64,000 bases of DNA from Dehalococcoidia bacterium (GTDB lineage: Bacteria > Chloroflexota > Dehalococcoidia > Lucifugimonadales > UBA3495). The notes below the pieces were generated by a model. It worked only from the letters and a program-made list of their open reading frames with translations, was not told where the DNA came from and ran no database searches. Shown here one piece after another: positions 58,552-64,000 of this stretch. Both the position numbers and the translations under genes were made by a program. Within the stretch, counting starts at the first letter, position 1. Every line of letters begins with the position of its first letter. The DNA is taken from NCBI GenBank assembly GCA_034421995.1, contig DAOUJY010000047.1, positions 39,125 to 103,124 on the forward strand, read 5' to 3'.

Positions 58552-58827
58552 CTACTCGTCCCGATTGCGGAACTGGCTGGCGGGTTCGGTGTAGTTGCTC
58601 TGGATGAGCTTGACGTTGGAGATGTGTATGGACGCTTCCTGCTGAACGCGTCCGCCCTGTCGGATACCGGGCCGGGGTTTGTAGTGCTTGGTGACGACGT
58701 TCACGCCCTCGACCACGACGCGATTCTTTTCGGGGATCATTCCCAGCACACGGCCGGTCCGGCCCTTGTCCTTGCCAGCGATGACGAGGACGTCGTCGCC
58801 CCGGCGGATCTTGGTCTTCGCCATCAC
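58552..58827 (-). CDS. rplX: 50S ribosomal protein L24
   Basis: [22 protein letters not shown] (KOW motif). Confidence 0.95.
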   Translation of the reverse strand: MMAKTKIRRGDDVLVIAGKDKGRTGRVLGMIPEKNRVVVEGVNVVTKHYKPRPGIRQGGRVQQEASIHISNVKLIQSNYTEPASQFRNRDE

Positions 58828-59192
58828 ACCACCTCCGGAGCCAGGGACACGATGCGCATGAAGCCCTTGTCCCGCAGTTCCCGCGCCACCGGGCCGAAAA
58901 TGCGGGTGCCCCGGGGCAGCTGGTTGTCGTTGATGAGCACCGCGGCGTTGTCGTCAAACTTGATGTAGGTGCCGTCGGGACGCAGCAGGGGCGCCGCCTG
59001 CCGGACCACCACCGCCTTGACCACCGTTCCCTTCCGCACCGGCGAATTGGGGATCGCCTCCCGCACCGTGCAGACCACGATGTCCCCCACCGACGCGTAC
59101 TTGCGTCGGCTGGAACCCGGTATGTTGATGAGACGGATGCGTCGGGCGCCGCTGTTGTCGGCCACGTGCAGCCTGGTGTAACTCTGAATCAT
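58824..59192 (-). CDS. rplN: 50S ribosomal protein L14
   Basis: [18 protein letters not shown]... Confidence 0.97.
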   Translation of the reverse strand: MIQSYTRLHVADNSGARRIRLINIPGSSRRKYASVGDIVVCTVREAIPNSPVRKGTVVKAVVVRQAAPLLRPDGTYIKFDDNAAVLINDNQLPRGTRIFGPVARELRDKGFMRIVSLAPEVV

Positions 59193-59585
59193 CTACGCAT
59201 CCTCGTCGTCATCGGTATCGTCAACGGCAACGGCAAAGTCATTCGCCAGTTCAGGGCTGATGTAGTCGGATTCCCCGGCGATGGGTTCGATCACCGCGTC
59301 GCCTTCCAGGTCAATGGCCCGCACCTCGGCAACTTCCCGCCGGGCCAGGACTTCCAGCAGCCGCCAGTGCTTGGTGCGGGAGATGGGCCGGGTTTCCTGG
59401 ATTCGCACGGTATCGCCAATCCGGCACAGCTGGTTCGGGTCATGGACGTAGAAACGGGTCACCCGGCGCATCTGCTTGCGATAGATGCGATGGCGCTGTT
59501 TCCACACCAATTCCACCACGGCGGTTTTGTCCATCCGGGTGCTCACCACGGCGCCCACCCGAACTTTGCGCATTGCTTTGGCCAT
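59193..59585 (-). CDS. rpsQ: 30S ribosomal protein S17 (with an acidic C-terminal extension)
   Basis: GAVVSTRMDKTAVVEL...YVHDPNQLCRIGDTVRIQETRPISRTKHW plus a ~45-aa tail. Confidence 0.94.
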   Translation of the reverse strand: MAKAMRKVRVGAVVSTRMDKTAVVELVWKQRHRIYRKQMRRVTRFYVHDPNQLCRIGDTVRIQETRPISRTKHWRLLEVLARREVAEVRAIDLEGDAVIEPIAGESDYISPELANDFAVAVDDTDDDEDA

Positions 59586-59618
59586 TGTCTGATTCCTAAA
59601 TCAAAAGTCCTCAAAGAA

Positions 59619-59680
59619 CCGCTCATGGTGAGCTTGTCGAACCACAGGGAGCCATCCTTCAACAGGCTCAGGACGAGCGG
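59619..59680. repeat. REP-like inverted-repeat element family P4 (ccgctcatggtgagc...gctcaggacgagcgg)
   Basis: Terminal inverted repeats read directly in the 120-nt rpmC-rpsQ spacer. Confidence 0.6.
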
Positions 59681-59705
59681 TAGGGTCAACTTTGCGATTT
59701 CCCGG

Positions 59706-59897
59706 CTACTCCAACTCCCGCTCCCGCAAGCAGGTCAGCATACGAGCGATGTCCTTGCGGGTCTTGCGGGGCTGGTTGGTGTCCGTGAGTTGGTTGGTGG
59801 CGTCCCGAAAGCGCAGGTTCATCAGCTCTTTGCGGGATTTCTCCAACTCTTCCAGGATCTGATCGTCGGTCAGCGCGCGGATTTCGTACATCTCCAT
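59706..59897 (-). CDS. rpmC: 50S ribosomal protein L29
   Basis: 63 aa; EIRALTDDQILEELEKSRKELMNLRF. Confidence 0.93.
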   Translation of the reverse strand: MEMYEIRALTDDQILEELEKSRKELMNLRFRDATNQLTDTNQPRKTRKDIARMLTCLRERELE

Positions 59898-59902
59898 GAC
59901 GG

Positions 59903-60346
59903 CTAGCCTCCGGCGGTGCCAGTGAGCAGGGAGTTGACCCGGTCCCGGTACACCACCTTGGTCGGAATGGGCAGCTTGTGGGCGGCCCGCTGGAGGGCCT
60001 CTTCAGCCTGGTGGATCGGCACTCCGCCCACCTCGAACATGATCCGGCCCGGCTTGACCACGGCCACCCAGTGGTCGTTGGCCGCCTTGCCGCCGCCCAT
60101 GCGGACTTCCGCCGGCTTCTTGGACACCGGCTTGTCGGGGAAAATGCGGATCCAGGTGCGCCCGCCCCGTTGCAGGTGGCGGGAGATGGCGATACGGGCC
60201 GACTCGATCTGCCGGGCCGTGATCCACTCCGGGCTCATCGCCTTCAGGCCAATCTCGCCGAACTCCACCGTGTTTCCGGTGGTGGCGTTTCCCCGGCGCT
60301 TGCCCCGACCCATCTTCCGGTATTTCGTCCTCTTGGGCTGCAGCAT
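59903..60346 (-). CDS. rplP: 50S ribosomal protein L16
   Basis: [19 protein letters not shown]... Confidence 0.97.
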   Translation of the reverse strand: MLQPKRTKYRKMGRGKRRGNATTGNTVEFGEIGLKAMSPEWITARQIESARIAISRHLQRGGRTWIRIFPDKPVSKKPAEVRMGGGKAANDHWVAVVKPGRIMFEVGGVPIHQAEEALQRAAHKLPIPTKVVYRDRVNSLLTGTAGG

Positions 60347-60369
60347 GATGTCAGTCTCCGTTTCTCTCT

Positions 60370-60396
60370 GTCATTGCGAGCGCAGCGCGGCAATCT
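60370..60396 (+). repeat. REP hairpin family P5 (gtcattgcgagcgcagcgcggcaatctc)
   Basis: In the rpsC-rplP spacer. Matches the inverted copy at 49503-49530. Confidence 0.7.
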
Positions 60397-60415
60397 CGTT
60401 ACTGCGCGGCCCGGG

Positions 60416-61153
60416 TCAGATGTCCAATTCCGCCGCCGCCAGATCCGCCTCGGCGTCCTGGCTGGTGACGCGAAACTCGATGCTTTCCAGCTCGCCGTCC
60501 TCTTCCGCCGCCGACGGCATGATCTGGCCCTTGTAGATCCAGACCTTGATGCCGATGCGCCCCATGGCGGTGTGCGCCTCGGCCAGGGCGTAGTCAATGT
60601 CGGCGCGCAGGGTATGGAGGGGAACCTGCCCCATCATCAGTTTTTCAGTGCGGGCGATTTCGGCGCCGGAGATGCGTCCCTTGGTGATGATCTTGATGCC
60701 TTCCGCGCCGGCCTGCATGGTGCGCAGGGCCGCCTGGCGCATGGCGCGGCGATAGGCGACGCGGCGGCTGAGCTGGTCCGCGATGTTCCGCCCCACCAGG
60801 TACGGGTCCATTTCGGGCTGGTCGATCTCGATGATGTTGAGCCGGAGCAGACCGCTGTTCATGGTCTCCAGCCGAGAGCGCAGACCCTTTACCCGGTCGC
60901 CGTCCCGGCCGATGAGAATGCCGGGGCGGGCCGAATGGATGTTGACGATGGTTTCCTGGGCGGTGCGGTCGATCTCAATCTTGGCAATGCCGGCATCGGA
61001 GAAGGCGCGGTATTCATCGTGAATGGCCCGGCGCAGCCCAAGGTCCTGCTGCACGCCGTTCCGGTATTGCGACCCGCTGTTGGCGTACCAGTGGGTTTTC
61101 CAGTCCTTGATAATGCCCAGCCGGAAGCCGAAGGGGTGGGTTTTGTGTCCCAT
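60416..61153 (-). CDS. rpsC: 30S ribosomal protein S3
   Basis: MGHKTHPFGFRLGIIKDWKTHWYA... with KH domain. Confidence 0.97.
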   Translation of the reverse strand: MGHKTHPFGFRLGIIKDWKTHWYANSGSQYRNGVQQDLGLRRAIHDEYRAFSDAGIAKIEIDRTAQETIVNIHSARPGILIGRDGDRVKGLRSRLETMNSGLLRLNIIEIDQPEMDPYLVGRNIADQLSRRVAYRRAMRQAALRTMQAGAEGIKIITKGRISGAEIARTEKLMMGQVPLHTLRADIDYALAEAHTAMGRIGIKVWIYKGQIMPSAAEEDGELESIEFRVTSQDAEADLAAAELDI

Positions 61154-61157
61154 AGGA

Positions 61158-61502
61158 TTAGTCCTCCTCTACCTCGTCCACTTCGATGATGATGTGGCTG
61201 GAGCGGCGGGTAACCCGGCCAATCCGGCCCCTGGCGCGCGCCCGAAAACGTTTGAGCGGAGTCGCCTGGTCTGCGGAGATGCGCGTGATGCGCAGGTCGT
61301 TGCGGTTCATGAACTCGTTGTTTTCGGCGTTGGAGGCCGCCGACTGCACCACCTTGGCCACCGAGCGCGCCCAGGGCGACGTCATCAGGCTGAGGTGATC
61401 CAGGGCGTCGTTGACCATCATGCCGCGCACGGCGTCCATGATGGGCTTGAGCCGTTTGGGAGACGCCCCCACCCCTTTGGCCTTTGCTCTCACTGCTGGC
61501 AT
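61158..61502 (-). CDS. rplV: 50S ribosomal protein L22
   Basis: MPAVRAKAKGVGASPKRLKPIMDAVRG... ATG 61502 follows GAGGTGA. The track ORF start is rejected. Confidence 0.94.
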   Translation of the reverse strand: MPAVRAKAKGVGASPKRLKPIMDAVRGMMVNDALDHLSLMTSPWARSVAKVVQSAASNAENNEFMNRNDLRITRISADQATPLKRFRARARGRIGRVTRRSSHIIIEVDEVEED

Positions 61503-61506
61503 GGCG

Positions 61507-61791
61507 TCACCTCGACCGGCTGGAGCGTTCCGACCGGGCCACGTGGCCCCGGTAGGTGCGCGTCGGCGCAAACTCGCCCAGGCGATGGCCCACCATGTTC
61601 TCGGTGATGAACACCGGAACATGACGCCGGCCGTCGTGGACGCCGAAGTTCAGCCCGACCATTTCGGGCATGATCATCGAGTCCCTCGACCAGGTGCGAA
61701 TCACGGTGGCCTCGCCGGATTCGCGAACCCGGTTGACCTTCTTGAGCAGCTTGGGGTGGACGTAGGGTCCCTTCTTTACTGATCTTGACAT
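61507..61791 (-). CDS. rpsS: 30S ribosomal protein S19
   Basis: [19 protein letters not shown]... Confidence 0.96.
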   Translation of the reverse strand: MSRSVKKGPYVHPKLLKKVNRVRESGEATVIRTWSRDSMIMPEMVGLNFGVHDGRRHVPVFITENMVGHRLGEFAPTRTYRGHVARSERSSRSR

Positions 61792-61855
61792 GGTGACAAC
61801 GACTGCCTGCAAGTACCCCGGCGGGTACGTGTATGTATTGGATTAGCCAGCCAGC

Positions 61856-62692
61856 CTAACGCCGCGAGCGTCGTCCGCGGATGATGAAACGGCTGGAGGT
61901 CTTCTTCTTGTTGCGGGTCTTGTGGCCCAGGGTGGGTTTGCCCCAGGGCGACTTGGGGCCGGGCATCCCGATGGGGGAGCGTCCCTCGCCGCCGCCGTGG
62001 GGGTGATCCACCGGGTTCTTGGCGACGCCGCGCACGTGGGGACGGCGGCCCAGGTGCCGCTTGGCTCCGGCCTTGCCCAGGCTCTCGTTCTTGTGGTCGG
62101 GATTGGACAACTGGCCTACGCTGGCCCGGCAGTTCAGCAGGATGCGCCGCATCTCGCCGGAGGGCAGGCGGATCAGCACGTAATCGCCTTCCCGGGACAG
62201 CACTTGCGCTCCGGTGCCGGCGCCGCGCACCAGTTGGCCGCCCCGGCCGGGCGTCAGTTCCAGGTTGTGGACCACGGTTCCGGTGGGGATGTTGCGCAGC
62301 GGCAGCGTGTTGCCGGGGCTGATTTCCGCGCTGGGGCCGGATTCGACCCGGTCGCCCACCGACAGGTTCACCGGCGCGAGGATGTAGGACTTCTCGCCGT
62401 CGGCGTAGTGAATCAGCGCGATGCGCGTGGTGCGGTTGGGGTCGTACTCAATGGTCTTGACCGTGGCCGGCACACCGTCCTTCTTCCGTTTGAAGTCAAC
62501 GCGCCGGTACATCTTCCGCGAACCGCCGCCGCGATGATACGCGGTGATGCGGCCCTTGTTGTTCCGACCGCCGCGCTTCTGTAGGGGTTCCAGCAGCGAC
62601 TTCTCCGGCTTCTTGGTGGTGATCTCCTCAAAAGAGGGCCGCACCGCGTTCCGCGTCCCCGGGGTTATTGGTCGCAAGTTCTTCAGAGGCAT
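61856..62692 (-). CDS. rplB: 50S ribosomal protein L2
   Basis: ...[11 protein letters not shown]...GNTLPL.NIP.GT.VHN.EL.PGRGGQ...HPHGGGEG. Confidence 0.97.
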   Translation of the reverse strand: MPLKNLRPITPGTRNAVRPSFEEITTKKPEKSLLEPLQKRGGRNNKGRITAYHRGGGSRKMYRRVDFKRKKDGVPATVKTIEYDPNRTTRIALIHYADGEKSYILAPVNLSVGDRVESGPSAEISPGNTLPLRNIPTGTVVHNLELTPGRGGQLVRGAGTGAQVLSREGDYVLIRLPSGEMRRILLNCRASVGQLSNPDHKNESLGKAGAKRHLGRRPHVRGVAKNPVDHPHGGGEGRSPIGMPGPKSPWGKPTLGHKTRNKKKTSSRFIIRGRRSRR

Positions 62693-62739
62693 AATGTTGG
62701 TCTCGCTTGCTTCTTTTCGTCGTTCCAGCGTCTATTTTT

Positions 62740-62766
62740 CGTCATTCCGGCGAAAGCCGGAATCCA
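62740..62766 (+). repeat. REP hairpin P1
   Basis: cgtcattccggcgaaagccggaatcca in the rplW-rplB spacer. Confidence 0.8.
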
Positions 62767-62782
62767 TATCTTGCCGGATGGC

Positions 62783-63067
62783 TTACAAGCCCTCAATCAG
62801 ATTGATGCGGTCTCCCGGTTCCAACGTCACAACGGCCTTCTTGACATCGGGCCGCTTCTTGAACCGGGGGCCATACCGCTTGCGCTTGCCCCGGTTGACG
62901 GTGATGTTGACGCTGAGCACCTTGACATTGAAGTTCTCTTCAACGGCCTGCTTCACCAGGGTCTTGTTGGCCTTGGGCGCGACCTCGAAAGTGTACTGCC
63001 CGTCCTCCTGGAGGAGGGTGCTTTTTTCAGTGATGGTCGGGCGCAGCAGTACGTCGCTGATGTTCAT
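62783..63067 (-). CDS. rplW: 50S ribosomal protein L23
   Basis: LLRPTITEKSTLL... Confidence 0.95.
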   Translation of the reverse strand: MNISDVLLRPTITEKSTLLQEDGQYTFEVAPKANKTLVKQAVEENFNVKVLSVNITVNRGKRKRYGPRFKKRPDVKKAVVTLEPGDRINLIEGL

Positions 63068-63732
63068 TATTCCGCCTCCTCGCTGGCCGCCCGGCGGGCG
63101 CGGTATCGCGGCGCCGTGCAGAGCGCGGCGATGCGCTGGATCGCGTCGGCGGTAACCAGCACGGTCTGCCGCTTGAGGACATCGTTGGCGTTCACCAGAT
63201 CCGACGGCAGCGTCCAGACCTGTTTCAGGTTGCCGCCGGCCCGGGCCACGTTCTGCTGCGCATCCGCCGTGACCACCAACACCGAGCCGCTAATGTTCAG
63301 ATTTTCCAGCGCCTGCTTCATCGACTTGGTGCGTCCGTCCAGCCCGTCCAGCGTATCAACGCAGATGAGCCGGTCGTTGCGGATCTTCTCGGACAGCACG
63401 CACTGCAAAGCCTTGCGACGCATGGCGCGAGGCAAGGCTTTACGATAGTCGCGGGGTTTGGGACCGAAGGCAATGCCGCCGTGTCGCCATTGTGGGGAGC
63501 GTATGCTGCCCTGGCGGGCGCGGCCGGTATGCTTCTGTATCCAGGGCTTGCGCCCGCCGCCCGACACTTCGGCGCGGGTACGGGTCGAATGGGTGCCCTG
63601 GCGCTGGTTGAGCTGGTAGATGACCATGGCCTGATGAACCAGAGTGGGGTTCATCGGCACGTCGAACACGCCATCGTCAATCTCAACCGATCCGACGGCG
63701 TTGCCCTGAGTATTCAATACGGGGAGTTCCAT
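63067..63732 (-). CDS. rplD: 50S ribosomal protein L4
   Basis: MELPVLNTQGNAVG...QRQGTHSTRTRAEVSGGGRKPW.QKHTGRARQGS. The track start at 63789 lies in a repeat and is rejected. Confidence 0.94.
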   Translation of the reverse strand: MELPVLNTQGNAVGSVEIDDGVFDVPMNPTLVHQAMVIYQLNQRQGTHSTRTRAEVSGGGRKPWIQKHTGRARQGSIRSPQWRHGGIAFGPKPRDYRKALPRAMRRKALQCVLSEKIRNDRLICVDTLDGLDGRTKSMKQALENLNISGSVLVVTADAQQNVARAGGNLKQVWTLPSDLVNANDVLKRQTVLVTADAIQRIAALCTAPRYRARRAASEEAE

Positions 63733-63739
63733 AATCAAT

Positions 63740-63772
63740 CTTTGCGTCTCTGCGTCTCCGCGCCTTTGCGTT
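63740..63772. repeat. Short dispersed repeat P6 (ctttgcgtctctgcgtctccgcgcctttgcgtt)
   Basis: Shares its 22-nt core with 16308-16340. Lies in the rplC-rplD spacer. Confidence 0.6.
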
Positions 63773-63813
63773 GGATTTCCCGTGGCCAACCCAAGCTTGT
63801 CGGCCCCATATGC

Positions 63814-64000
63814 CTATTGTGCCCTGCCCTTGCTCTTGCCCGTCTTGCGTATGGTAACGGGGCTGTTGGGCGCGCCGGGCACGCCGCCCTTGACCATCAG
63901 CAAGTTTCGCTCGGCGTCCACGCGCACGACTTCCAAGCCCTTGGTGGTCACCCGGCGGTTGCCCATGTGCCCGGACATTTTCAGGCCCTTGAACACCTTG
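63814..64000 (-). CDS. rplC: 50S ribosomal protein L3 (C-terminal part; gene continues beyond the window)
   Basis: ...[36 protein letters not shown]... Confidence 0.9.
   Translation of the reverse strand, partial: KVFKGLKMSGHMGNRRVTTKGLEVVRVDAERNLLMVKGGVPGAPNSPVTIRKTGKSKGRAQ

Overview
High-GC bacterial chromosomal window. My guess is Chloroflexota-like, based on repeat content and ribosomal-cluster layout; this is unverified. Three parts. (1) 0-6 kb holds housekeeping genes: rho, tal/fsa, pyrG, lepA. (2) 6-45 kb is a mosaic. Metabolic genes include an LLM oxidoreductase, an enolase-superfamily enzyme, LhgO, a Mo-hydroxylase large subunit, a CoA-transferase, an M24 peptidase and a phosphohexomutase. 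There are two paralogous circularly-permuted ATP-grasp/alpha-E(/transglutaminase) peptide-ligase-type operons. A SAM-I riboswitch precedes a methionine-salvage/SAM-cycle supercluster (mtnA, mtnP, ahcY, metK). Several visibly more AT-rich islets carry toxin-antitoxin or defence-like genes. These are five retropepsin-like aspartic protease paralogs, HicA with a tandem-domain HicB, a decayed PIN gene, two DUF4268/PD-(D/E)XK-like paralogs (one frameshifted), a PaREP1/HEPN-like pair, an NYN gene and a PD-(D/E)XK gene. Three of the proteases sit in a translationally coupled array with small partner ORFs. (3) 45-64 kb, minus strand, is the S10-spc-alpha ribosomal supercluster from rplC (partial) to rpsI. 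Almost every spacer longer than about 60 nt in it carries hairpin REP/MITE-like elements, and some are preceded by 19-20 nt stutter arrays. Best candidates for something undescribed: the small-ORF plus retropepsin modules, and a catalytically degenerate retropepsin fused to an antitoxin-like tail next to the PIN remnant. No rRNA, tRNA, CRISPR array, transposase or integrase was recognised. Many long ORFs in the track are antisense shadows typical of high-GC DNA.
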